Below, piece after piece: positions 13,179-26,858 of a DNA stretch of 64,000 nucleotides. The DNA is from Octopus vulgaris (Eukaryota): positions 15,624,001 through 15,688,000 of the forward strand of contig OX597838.1 of assembly GCA_951406725.2 (NCBI GenBank), in the 5' to 3' direction. The notes beneath the pieces were generated by a model. It was not told the origin of the DNA. It ran no database searches and saw only the letters and a list, made by a program, of their open reading frames with translations. How positions within the stretch are numbered: position 1 is the first letter of the stretch; every line of letters starts with the position of its first letter. Position numbers and translations under genes: made by a program.

Positions 13179-15959
13179 TGTTGTTTCTCTTTAATCCGTG
13201 GTAGCACTAATCGGACTGACATATGATCAAAGACATGCTACTTATGATAATATATTTTTAAGTATGTGAAGCAACAGGTTGCAAAACTTAGACCTGAGCT
13301 TCAATGTTGGTGCTCTAAATATAATCGTCAATGTGATATCGCTATTGCTGGTATAAGCCAAAATTCTTACTGATCAACTGCAAAGCAGATCCATTCGTTA
13401 ATGGTAGATAAAAAAAAAAAGAAAAGATTGCAGCGTTTCCTCGATCGCACAATTAATCTAACCAATCAAAGGCTCCCAACACCTTTAAATATCCCAATTG
13501 TCGTTTCGTTATTTTAGACTCAACTTAAGGCGGTGAGCTGGCAGAATCGTTAGCATGCCGGGCAAAATATTTAGAGGTATTTCGTCTGTTTTTTATACTC
13601 AGTGAGTTCAAATTTCGCCGAGGTTGACTGTCTTTCATCTTTTCAGAGTCGATAAAATAAGTACCAGTTGAACACTAGGGTCGATGTAAACGACTTAATC
13701 CTCCCCTGAAATCGCTAGTCTTGAGCCAAAACTTGAAATCATTAGTTTCAACTCAGCTTAAGGCAGTGAGTTGACAGAATCATTTGCGCGTCGGGAAAAA
13801 AATACTTAGCAGTATTTCTTCCGATTTTTTAGGTTTTGAGTTCAAATTCCGAAGTCAATAAAATAAGCCCCATTTGAACAACTGAGGTCGATATCCGCTC
13901 CTCTTAAAATTGCTGGCATTGTGTCGAAATTTGAAACTATTACATTAGACTCACTGAAAACGATCGACTAAAGGCAATCATGCAACGCTTTTGATTCAGA
14001 TGGAATAATCCCGTTTACTCATAGTTCTAACTGACTCTACGTTCGCGACATTGGTGCATTAAACACTTCTGTATTTTTTTGAACAAAAACAATAGCGTAT
14101 AAGTGTGCGCGTGTGTGAACTTTCACAAACAACAATTATTCACACACACACACAGCTACATGTATATATGAGTGTGTATATTTTTACGCACACTTGTGAA
14201 TACGGTATGTGTGTGTGTGTGTGTCTGCGTGTGTGTTAATATCGAGCGCTGAGAATGAGTGTTTAACGCTTTACTGATGGGTAAAGATTCTTTATTTGAG
14301 GATTAAGGCTACCATTGGTTTCATGTAAAGGACGCACTCAACAATTATCAAGCCAATCACAAGGAACATTAGTGTTTTAAATAAAAATGGAAACGAACAC
14401 CGATGTTCCATGCCATAGGCTTGATGATTGCAGAGGGTTTCCTTAGCAGGAAACCAATGGTTGTTTTAATCCACAAATAAAGTGTGTGCGTGGCGTACGC
14501 GCGCGCGTGTACACACACATGGCATAGAGGTGCTGGCATGGCTGTGTGGTTAAGAAGCTAGCTTTGCAACTACGTGATTTCGACTTCAGTTTCACTGCAC
14601 GGTACCTTGAACAAGCCAATGCTCTGAGTGAATTTATTAAACGGAAACTCTCTGGAAGCCCGTCGTGCGCGCGCGTATGTATGTATGTGTGTGTGTGTGC
14701 GTACCTTAATTCTTTTACTTGTTTCAACCATTGGAGTGCAGCTATGCTGGAGACCCGCCTTGGGATTGTTTTAGTCGAACAAATCAACCCCAGGATTTAT
14801 TTTTTTAAGTCTAGTACTTTTTCTATTAGTCTCTTTTTCGGAACCGCTAAGTTACGGCGACGTAAACAACAACACTGTTAAGCGGTGACGGGGGAGAGGG
14901 GCAAACACAGACAAAAACACTCACACAAATACGAGTGGTAATTGAGGTTCAAACCACCGGTAGTTCAGATACTAATTTAAACCAGTATCAGTTGAGATAT
15001 GTAAACAGTGCCTCTTTCTCTACTGTATAATTCAATTCAATGCCCTGGTCATCTGTAACCTAAATGTAAAAATTAAGCGTAACTGTCCGATAAAAATCTA
15101 TTGTTAAAGTACCCACACTCGTATGGTATGATGTCAAGTGTCCACTCCTACTCATTGTATGTACCATCATGTGCCCACTCCAACTCAATGTAGAGTCAAG
15201 TATCCAGTTTAAGTGCTCTACTTAGAGCCATATCTGCTCTGGGTTTGAACATGTGCTTACACGGATATACGAAACACACATACACATTAACATACTCACT
15301 CACACAAACTCTTGAACACTTGGTCTATAGGTGTGGGAAGAAAATCCAGTAACCATCAAGTAAGGTCATACATACATCAGCGAATTTCAGCTATTGTCTA
15401 TCAATGGTATATTAGACGTTTACATGTGTTTACGATACATCAGTGGTATTTTTTCAAAGTTTTAATTATATTTGATGTTGATTCTTGAGAAAGTTTCATT
15501 TTGCCATGACGAAGCATACGTCTTGGTTCCATTTCACTTTTTATTTTATCAGTCAACACGCCGGACAAAATACCGAGCGGTATTTCTCCCGACTTTTCAA
15601 TTGTAATGACGTCCGTATAAAACTGATCGACACGGAATGTTTCAAAGGAGACAGGAAAAGAAATTCGGGATTAAATTTTGTTAGTGTGGTATGTTTGTCG
15701 GCGTGTTTGTGTATTGTTTTGCATTCAAATTTCGCCGAGGCTGACTTTACCTTTCATCTTATTGTTCGGAGTCGATAAAATAAAGTATCAGTTGAACACT
15801 TGAGTCGATGTAATCGAATAATCCCATAACCTTAAAATTAACTAATCGCTTGCTTAATTGTTCAATCAATCTCTCAATCAGCGAGTTTGTTGGATTCTTT
15901 TCGCTGTCATTCGGGACCTCATCTACAATATACCTTCTCCACACAAAGCAAAAAAAAAA

Positions 15960-16180
15960 AAAAAAAAACCCCTGCGAAAACGGTCTTGCAGATAAACTCC
16001 ACATCATTCACCATCCTACCCACCAACTTAAACAGAACGAACTAATTGCCGCTTGCCAAAAACATGGTCAACATCCCATCTTGGAAATTTCAAAGAAAGC
16101 TATGATCTATTCTAGCTTACAGTGTCATTCATTCTTTTCCGTTCCAAATCACCGATCATACGAAAGGTCGATTGAGCGAA
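15960..16180 (+). mobile_element. Decayed Penelope-like element 3' end (GIY-YIG endonuclease C-terminus)
   Basis: Translation NPCENGLADKLHIIHHPTHQLKQNELIAACQKH resembles the CxLCLxEKxxI...LNKRxELIxxCRH tail of PLE ORFs. It is followed by a CGAAAGGTC half-hammerhead-like motif. Confidence 0.45.
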
Positions 16181-16480
16181 AAGCCAGTACGTGCGGTTGA
16201 ATAATACATATCCACCACTCAAACACATACAGACACACACATACACACAAAAGTGACAAAAAAAAAAAAAAAAGAAACGAACCAAAAACAAAAATACATA
16301 CAAATATACTTGCTTCCCCACCTTACTTTTCATACTATCACATCACCTACCATTACCATCCACATTCAGAAACTACAAAAACATGAACGCCATCATAAGA
16401 CAGCACTTAGAGTTTAAACACGCCCACCCAATCATTCATGCGCGTGCCTATTCGTGTGTTGTCCTCATACGAGTGTGCGT

Positions 16481-16578
<98 letters not shown>

Positions 16579-19500
16579 CATACATACATACATATCCACA
16601 CATACACGCCTGCGTGTGCGTGTACAGAAGAGTAATAACTATCACTGCTGGTAGCCATTATATAATAGAGGTAGATGTGCAGGGATAGTAATGGCGATTA
16701 AATGTGTTAGGAAGTAAGGGTGGGAGAGAGCAGAAGGGTGACTGTGTAGGTGGACGGGTAGATGTATGATGGTGACAGTAATTTCGATGCAAGGAGAGAC
16801 GAAGTGGGATGAGAATAATGATAACAACAGCAGCAGCAGTGATAGTGTTCGTGGCGGTTGAGCCTGGGTAGCAGGGTGAAGGGTTTTCCTGGTGTTTGAC
16901 ACCAAACCGAACAGCTAAAAGAACATGTACCAGAAGAGGGCGTAGTTGATATATAGACAGCCGTTGTTGTTACTGTTTCGCCTTCAGTTGAATTTTGATT
17001 AGGTGGACATATAAGCAACGGTATTCCAGCCATGGCCATTTCGTTTTTTGTTTGTTTTTTTTTAACGATTGTATCATCAGATGCAGAATAGGAAGATATA
17101 GTGAGGAACGTATTATATGGATGTAAACAGTTTTTATGTTCTGCTTAATAAAGATGAGGGAAGCTAAACAAAAAATTTAAGTCAGTAATATTTTTTTTTG
17201 CGAGATAAGGGCGGTGAGTTGGCAGAATCGTTTTAGCACCTCGTAGAATCGTTAATGCATCGGACAAGTTCCAAGTTCAAAACACACTGAAGTCAACTTT
17301 GCCTTTCAATCTTTCGTAATTGATATATTAAGATAACAGAAAAGTGCTGGGGTCGATGTAATCGACTAACCACTTTCCCCTAAAGTTGCTGGCCTTGTGC
17401 CAAAATTTGAAACATTATTATTACAAAAGAAAAGGCGACGAGCTGGCAGAAACGTTTGCAAGCCGGACAAAATGCTTGGCAACAAACATTTCGTGCGTCT
17501 TTACTCTCTCAGTTCAAATTCCAGCGAATTTGACTATGCCTATTTTTATCTTTACGGGGTCGATATTATAAGTACCAGTTGAACGCTAAGGATCGATGTA
17601 ATCGACTTGTCTCCTCTCCCGAAATCGTTGGCCTTGTACAAAAATTTGAAACCAGTATTATTATTAAAGAAGTCACTCGTGTATGCTTTTGAAGGGATAT
17701 TTTAGCTATCATTTCTAGTAGGTTAATCAACAACTACAAGGGAATGAAGAGGTGTAGAGAGAGAAATATTTCAGAGAAGGTCGTCCATCAAGTAAAAATG
17801 AACCCATCAACCTTATTTTCTTCCCCTCCACCAGTGAAATGCTGGCCTCATTTGATTTCCTGTCAGACGCTAACATCTCGAGTCTCTTTAAATTTGCAGT
17901 TCGATTCATATCGACACTGATCACCCCCAGTCCACCTAATCCACCCATACTAGAAAATTTCTTTCACATGAACACAAAGACCCCCTCTACCTAGAACCGG
18001 GCCTTCACTGACTTAGCAATTCTAATTACTTATAAATCAAACAATTCACTTCATCAAACAACATTGTTTGATCGTGGAGCTTAGTGTATCATGGGTCTTT
18101 TTGATCAGAACCGACCGGGAGTTATACAATAACAGGTGTACAGAAATTAGACAGTGGAGAGAGTACAACATGTTAACCACACCATGTCGAGGTGTTCAGC
18201 AGACCAGTGATTCTAGAGGCGGTAGTGATAGGGGAGGGCTCGCAAGAAGATTGAAAAGGATGCGAACAAATCGCCACATTCAATAAAATTCAGATGGTTT
18301 TAAATGTTTTGGCGTTAACAAACGAAGGTGGACATAAAAGTAGAATGTTTCTTTAGGAGTATCAAGTATTTGTCACTTTGAGAACCACTGCAGTGTCGTC
18401 AACTTGGTGCACTTGTAGAATCAGAGTCTACAATAGATTGGAAAGGAAGGAGAGAGTGTGCATTTGCCCAAACTGTAACAATGTATAGTATAGTCACGAT
18501 CTTCCACTAGGTAGGAGCATAGAAAAGCCGAAGCAATGAGATCGCATCTAATTGGTGATTAATTACTGACGTGCCATAGAGTTGTTCCCAACTAGAGTTG
18601 ACCTCAAGATCCGAGGTGACGCACTGAACAAATAATGATATCGATCTAAGTGACTGGTACTTTTTCTTTATTGCACTCAAAAGAGAATTGCAAAGACGAT
18701 CTAGGTAGGATTTGAACTCGTAAAGTGTCATAATTACATAATACTGCAAAGCATCTAGTCTGACACTAACGATTCTGCCAATCCATTGCGTTGAGATGAC
18801 GACGACAACCACCACCACCATTCCAAGCTAAGGAGGCAGCCTATGTCATGTCACTCGACCTGCTAGATATAGCAGTCACATTTTCCAGAAATCGCATCCT
18901 ACGATCTTAAAAATAAGGAAAGGGCACTGTAGTCTTAGATAAACTATATACAAAAAAACAAAAAAAGAAAGTGTAGAGATGGTCACGGTTGGGATACCTT
19001 TGATTATAGTTTTAGTCGGCCCAAGTTGATACCTGGGGTTAAACAACAACTACTACGAATTTAAACCAGTTCGCTGAGTCATGGAGTTGCTGCGTCATCA
19101 TCTGGGACAATACCGCTGCTACGAACAGATGTCCAGTACCACATTTTGGGAGGGGCCATTCGAAAAATTGGCCTTCAATTACTAACGGGTAACTCCAGCC
19201 TCTGGTCGGCGGTTGCGCTGTCTTGTCTGTCTTTTCTATCGCTACTATAACAGTCTCTGTTCTTGGGAGATGGCTAATCTCGTGCCTCCTACTAAGACAC
19301 CCCTGGTCCACTCGTCTCTCCACCTCATGTCACCCTTGTTGAGTACAACCGTCCCTCCTTCAACACTATCCATTATTCCAAATCCTTTAACTCCAGAACC
19401 TCGTTCCTTTGAAATGTCCTCCTCGTGCACGTCTTTCATGCAAGTACTGGTGGGACCATAGTATTAGTCGCATTTGCAAGGATTGTGGGCAATGCTTTTT

Positions 19501-19640
19501 CGGACTCAGCAAATAAATGAATATATGTATATAGTCAATCGAAAATGAAAATATAAAAAACAAAACAACAAAGGTCAACAGGACGTACACAGAGAAAGTA
19601 TTGACGCTTATTTTAAGATGGAGAAAAAGAGAGGGTGTAC

Positions 19641-19670
19641 AACGTTTCGAGCATGGCTCTTCGTCAAGAG
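19641..19670 (-). ncRNA. Minimal hammerhead-like motif (same family as 61834-61870)
   Basis: Minus strand TTGACGA-A-GAGC-cat-GCTC-GAAAC-GTT. Core C3 is mutated and stem I is weak. Confidence 0.5.
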
Positions 19671-21282
19671 GAGAAAAAGTTCGGAGAGAAGGAAAGAAGT
19701 CGAAGAAAAACACGTGTGTGGTTACAAGGCTGATATACAAACATATATATACATTATACATACATATATATTACATATATACACGCTCACACACTTAACG
19801 ACACATGACATTAAAGAACTATTGAAATTATAGACTATTGGAAAGAGTAAATGAGAGGGGAGGGGGATAAACTGGCAGGTTGTAAAGAGAAGAGTAACCG
19901 GATTTCTGTTATTCATTATATATATACTTCTTCACCAGCAGCACAACCCCCGCCACATGCGTTTTACTCTCTCACCACCACAACAGCAGCAGCACATGTT
20001 TACAAGCCCAAACCTTCACCACCGTCACATTATGCATACTCTTCCCACCCCCGTCATTCCCAATTCACCACAATGGAGGTGATTAGTCCACACTGCCAAA
20101 TAAGTGCACATACCTACCGACTTTCAGTGGCATTGACAATCATCAACAACACCTAACCCCCATACACACACGCACAACTGCCGACAACGTCACCACCAAC
20201 ACTGACACCAACGATAACAACACCATTACACTACCACCACAAATTACACCGTCAATACATATCAACAAGGGAACCTCTCTACGTGGTCGTTCGATTTACT
20301 GGAAATAACAGACAAATTCCCTTTCATATCACAAGCTACTGTCTTTGAAACGAACAAGCTGGGTAACCTGCTCGTGGGTTTCCTGCACACGAGGGACATG
20401 AGATGGCCACGACTGGAAATGTCTGATCACAGGCTTGCTCGACTAAGAGTGACGTGGGGCTAAACAGCAACAAGAATAACGCTCCCACAAACAACGTAAC
20501 GAACATCAACCTTGATCAGGGCTGACCCGTGGCTAAACAAAACAGCGACGACATCACCATCAACAATAACCTTGATCAGAATTGAACTGTGACTAAACAA
20601 CGACAATGGCGACAGTGACATCATCAACTACCGCCATAACCCGCAAAAACCTTGATCAGGACTGATCTATGGCTAAACATCAACGACGACGACGACATTA
20701 ATAGGAGACATTACACAAACACGCCCACAAACATACCACGCAATCACACTATCAAAATTTAATCCTGAAATTCTCTTCCTGTCTCCGTTGAAACATTTGG
20801 TGTCAACAAGTTTGATACGGACGCCATTACAACTAAAAACTGTACATTTAGTATTTAACTGATTAACTGTAGTTTATTTACGCTTACAACTGTTTTCCAC
20901 CCCTCTCTTTACTGTCATTTACTGTAGTTCAGTTAAATTTAGCTATTTCTTTTTGTAGTTTATTTAAATGTAATGTATTTTACTGGCGTTTATTTAAGTT
21001 TTAAGGTCTGTTTATTTGGTTTCATTTAAGTAAACAACATGGCGGAAGTAGTCAGATTTGTTGGTTTTTTTGTTTGCTTTCATTTTTGTTTTCCCATTAT
21101 TCGTTTTACTGCTGCTTTAAGTAAGTGGGCTTGTAGATTTGATGGGGCACTACTTTCAATCAATCATATTGACCCCATCTAGTACTTAAAGACTCAATAT
21201 TGGTAAAAGAGTCAAAATGTATTATACAAAGAGACTAGCTATGTGAACAAGAATCGAAACGAGAATCTTGAAGCCACAGTTA

Positions 21283-21317
<35 letters not shown>

Positions 21318-23147
21318 TTGGATCCTGGCTATTGTAGTTATTAGCTTAATAACTTCCAGCACCTAATTAGCTAGTGTACATTGTAGGAATACTTACAAAT
21401 TTATATCCCCATTTTATTATCCAATCATAAAATTAAATAACTTAATCACAATGGTTTACTGATGTCAGATGTTATCCCTCCTACGATTAACATGATGAAA
21501 GTGTAATAATCCTTCCAAGGTTTCCTGGAGTGATTCTCTGAACAGTCGATATTTATCTGTAAATAATTTAGATGCTTGGTGAAATGGTAGGTGATTTCTG
21601 AATGCGTAATGCACCAAATGTGAATACATTACCATGGTATTGAAACATATGTAGCATATATTGAAGTGTTATTGTTTACGCACACACTTTCCCCAATTTC
21701 CGTCAACTGAACTTTTTCCCGCACACAGTATTGGTCAACCAGAGGGCAAGGAAGAAGACGCTTGCTTAAGGTGCTACTTATTGAGGCCTCAAAACCATAA
21801 GGTTGAGAAGGGAACATTTAAATCGTAGACATGCATGCGTTTACGAGTAGCTTATTTTTTCAGATTTTTCCTTGTTGATCTCCACACTACCTCCTGTTGC
21901 TGTAGAACCAGGTTAGCTCTGATCGAGTACACTTGTGATTATTGACGTTCCAGCCATGACTATATTATTTTGCTTTCATGGACCCCTCCAAGGGTCATAT
22001 GGACTCCGGTTGCGAACCACTGCTCAAAGCGTTGGTAAAGTTGTAATATAGACTAGTAACTGCTTCACTCGTGCAGCAAGACTCCTCTCCACGTCACCTA
22101 TATTGTCCAAAAGGAGGGATTATGGACCGACCGGCAAGGCTTCTGACATCGCAACAGTGACGTCATACAAATTACTAAAGTGAAGTTGAAAGACATCTTG
22201 AACTGTTTTAGGGGACAGCAACTCCCGATTGAAGTTCATTAAAATCGATCCGATTCGCTGGATTGATACTTCTGTTCTTTATGTCGATCTTGGAAAGATG
22301 AAAGGCAAAAGTTGACCTCGGCAAGATTTGAACGCAGAAAGAGTTTGAACAAATATCTCAAAGAATTTTGTCCGACACTAACAAATTCCGCCACCGAATT
22401 CCAGAGTTCTACTCTTTCTGCCTACCTAACCATACCCCAATCCCAATTGAACGTCATGTCAGTTTGTGGGATATTTTTTGTTTGTTTTTAAGGAGTCATG
22501 TTCCTTTCTTAGTTCAGTGTTGCCAAGGTAAGTGTGAAAGAAACGGGGGTTTAAGTGACTGAGAAGATCTCTCTCTCAGATTAAATTCTAAAATAGACAA
22601 TGAGACGGCACCAATTTCTGACAGCGAGGTACTTATATATATATATACATACACACACACATATATATATTTATTTATTTATTTATTTATTTATTTATTC
22701 ACGCCCGCACACTCACATGAACAAACACATAAATAGATTATACGCGCACCATTACACGAACGTAGCGCGCTCGCACTCACACACATACACACACAAAGTG
22801 TGCAATCGCTTAAAAAGAAAAAAAAAGCATTCGACATTTTAGTCGAGTTAAAGAGGCTGTATAATCATAGCAGATGCCTCTGATCATTGACCTGTAGCAT
22901 AAAGGCTGGCTTGTGGTTAAACAACAACTGAGGTGGTACTTGAACTCATAATGCATCACCTGTACTTCGATTCTCTCTTTACTCAGATACACTAATTCCA
23001 CTTTTAAACGCTCTCACACACGTCCTAGTTCTATATATTTGCACCTAGTTATACCCACAGTATTTACATACCTTAAATATAACGACTCGCGTGTCAGTAC
23101 GGTGTGCGTGTTTTTGCGCTATTTATTATAAATTGTATGTATTTGTG

Positions 23148-23198
<51 letters not shown>

Positions 23199-23579
23199 GG
23201 ATATGTACAATAACCTATTTGTAAGTGCTTGTGTCTCATTCTAGATATACTGGTGGACTTGGGCTTGTTACCCCTGATAAATTTTGATAAAAATTACAAA
23301 AGACGGCCAGGGCACAAAACAAAATTATACTGAACTCTGACACCTCGCTCATGTCAATGTACACACCGTTCATATTTTAAATTCAACGAAGATTTTTTGG
23401 GGAAAAAATGTTTAAAACTGACATTAAATATTTCATTTTTAGAAAACAGCAAAAACATTTCCATACACTTAGCACTCCCTCATAGTTTTCCCTTTTAAGC
23501 TCACAATGCCCTCAAATGGGCGATACTAAACGCTAAATTAGACATTATACCACCAGAATTTGAATTTTGATTTGCAGAT

Positions 23580-23787
23580 CAGTGGTTGTCAACCTTTTGT
23601 TTTTGTACCTATGAACCCCCTTTGATTCCTAAATGAGATTCGATGCTTAAAAAAGTTCCATTATATTTTTAGGAATAGTATAAAAAATATATTTTGTGTA
23701 TTGCAGATGTATTAATTAGTACAAATTTTAACAGCAAAATTTTATGTGGCCCTCAAGGGCCATATGAACCCCGATTGAGAACCAGTG
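23580..23787. mobile_element. hAT-like MITE
   Basis: CAGTGGTTGTCAACC...GATTGAGAACCAGTG termini, degenerate 8-bp TSD ttgcagat/gtttagat. A related copy lies at about 11790-12028. Confidence 0.65.
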
Positions 23788-26700
23788 GTTTAGATTTATG
23801 ACCACTTAGATGTTTAGTTGTGTTTGTGATCATAGTGGGCTTATTGATAACGTCTCTAACCTTGTGTGTGTGTGTGTGTGTGTATTAAGGCGCATGGCTC
23901 ACTAGTTACAGCGTCGGGTACACAATCATGAGGTAGCGAGTTCGATTCTCTGATCGGGCTGTGTGTAGTGTTCTTGAGCAAGACGCATTATTTCACGTTG
24001 CTCCAGTTCACTCAGTTGTAGCAATGAGTTGCGACGTTACTAATTGCCAAGCTGTATCGGCATTTGCCTTTCCCTTGGATAACAGAGGGCATGGAGAGGG
24101 GAGGCTGGTATGCATAGGGCAACTACTGGTCTTTTATTGCTCGGACTTCGGAGGGAAACTTTCTAGATGCAGTCCCATGATCATTCGCGACTAAAGGGGG
24201 GCTCTCTTTCCTACACACACACACACTAATATTTATGTCTGGGTGTGTGGATGCGATTTCTCATATAGTGAAACATGGACTGCGTGATCTGAAGCTATGC
24301 TCTCCGTGTATCCAGGAGGAGGACTGTTTTTGTGCTTTTGTTTTATCAGGTAAGGTGGTTGGTGGAACAACCTATTGTGTTGTGCAATGCACTATTTTTA
24401 TGTCGTTCGTAGTTCATCGTGTTGTGTTGAGAGATTCGGGAACTAGGTAGAATTGGTATGGTCTTCTATAAACTTGGTATTGGTACTCCGTCGGTTACGA
24501 CGACGAGTGTTCTAGTTGATCCGATCGATGGAACAGTCTGCTCGTGAAGTTAACGTGCAAGTGGCTGAGAACTCCAGACACGCGTACTCTTAACGTAGTT
24601 CTCATGCAGATTCAGCGTGACACAGGATGTGACAAGGCTGGCCCTTCGAAATACAGATACGACTCGTTTTTGCCAGCTGAGTGGACTGGAGCAACACGAA
24701 ATGAAGTGTCTTGCTCAAGATCAGAACACGCCACTGGGAATCGAACTCGCGACCTTACAATCGTGAGCCGAATATCCCAACTACTAAGCAACGCGCCTGA
24801 GCCTAACGTTGGTACTCCAATGTTGCTGTGTTTCTGTTTGGGCAAATGAGGCATCTGTCATGGTTCTAAATATATTTGTGCGTCGTTTTACTTATTTTAC
24901 TGTGTGTATTTTGGAGTGTGATAGCTGATTATGTTTGATATTTTCTGCTACTGTATTTTGAGAGCGTTATTTAAGCGACGGATAAGTTTCTAGGTGACTT
25001 ATGTGGCGTTGAAGTATTTATATATAGCAGTCTCTGGAGAAACATGGGAGGATGCGAGTATGATGTTATCTACGCATGATGCAGACCTCTATTTTGTGGG
25101 TGTAAGGTCGTAGTATAGGTATACAGGGTGGGGCAAAAGTCAGTCACCAAAACATTTGACATCTTATTTATAGTACGTTATTATTTCATATGCGCAAGGC
25201 GGCGAGCTGGCAGAATCGTTAGCACGCCGGGCAAAATGCTAAGCGGCATTTCGTCCGTCGCTACGTTCTGTGTTCAAATTCTGCCGAAGTCGACTTTGCC
25301 TTTCATCCATTCGACGTCGATAAATTAAGTACCAGTGAAACACTGCGGTTAATTTAATCGATTAATCTCTTTCCCCTAAATTTCAGGCCCTAAATTTACG
25401 TTCCGACTTCAAATACCGCCGGGGCCGACTTTGCCTTTCATTCCTTTCAGGGTCGATAATATAATTACCAATTGTGCACTGCGGTCGATCTAATCGACTT
25501 AGCCCTTCCCCGAAATTGCTGGCCTTCAGTCAAAATTTGAAATCAATATTTTGTCCAGCTTCTCAGATACGGGCAGTTTGACTCGTGTTGATATGTGTAG
25601 TTGTAGATGATTTAGGATAACTCTGAGTTTTAACTGATCATGAGTTATTTAATCGCTTAGTATTTTAAAACAGCCATATCCGGCCAAAATATCCAGCTTC
25701 TCATGCCATATCCAGCCTTTCAACCTACCCAACAATGTCATTCTAAAAATAAACAATCGCATCATTGAAATCTCAAAGCTATGAGATATGCCTGATTAAT
25801 TCAAAACAATGTGAATAAATAAGCAATACATTTGATAGGGTAACGTGAATGCAAGAGGGTTAAGATTTGAAATTTTCTGTATTAAATTTGGACGGGATCA
25901 AAACCGGGTCAGGCTAGAAATGTGTATTTTTCTTTCATGTTCCTGGTTTGCCTGACTATTTATTAAAAAATTTTTTGATAAGACTTATTTGCTTGATGTT
26001 GCGGTGTGTGTGTTATTTGTGGTTTTAACTGCGGTATGAAGTGTGGTGAGGTTTGATGATAACGATGCTAATTAATTAATCCGTCTTTATCTTTTATCTT
26101 TTACTTGTTTCAGTCTGATGATTTGAGGCCATGTTGAGGCACCGCCTTTAAGGGTTTATAGTCGAGCAAATCGACCCTAGTTCTTTCTTGCAAGTCTGGT
26201 TATTTATTTTATCACTCCTTTTGCCGAACCGCTAAGTTATGAGGGCATAAACACACCAACACCGGTTGTCAGCGGTGGTGGGGAACATGCAACACAAAGA
26301 CACACACGCACACATATATACACGACAAGCGTCGTCAGTTTCCGTCTAACAAATTGACTCACAAGCTATTGGTCAATGTCCAGAAAACTTGTCAAGGCTG
26401 CCGAGTAGTGGGACTGAAACCAAAACCGATTGGTTTACAGAGTGAGCTTCTTAACCACACGGCCATGTTGCCTATGCCTGCATACGCACGTGCGTGTGTG
26501 TGTGTGTGTGTAGGGGGGAGGGGCGCAATTGACTTCTATTTAGAATGATCTATATACAGACCAGGGTGCGAGGTTGGTGTGTATGTGCGTTTGTGGTAAT
26601 GGCTAAAAGGTATGGAATAATACGTGTGCAAAACTGTATGCTGTGTACGCATAAGTATGTATAATTGAACACCTCGATCCCTTCCATCCGTGTATTGTGT

Positions 26701-26791
26701 GTGTGTGTGTGTGTGTACACATAAGTAGACTCCTACATAGACATATAACCAAGTGGAGGGCAATGGTGGCACACGTTCATATGCGTGTGCG

Positions 26792-26858
<67 letters not shown>

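Noticed and set aside
16707-17039. 110-aa ORF MAMAGIPLLICPP... as a nested gene or alternative CYP exon
   Set aside because: Its 5' part (ATGGCCATGGCTGGAATACC...AAACAGTAACAAC) is a diverged copy of the dispersed repeat seen at 20400-20470 and elsewhere. The rest is low-complexity.
18050-18500. Possible reverse transcriptase remnant (minus strand HQVDDTAVV, YVDD-like)
   Set aside because: Too decayed to support by eye. Similar uncertain remnants lie at 19040-19510, 24860-25120 and 36990-37600. A tBLASTn or HMM search is needed.
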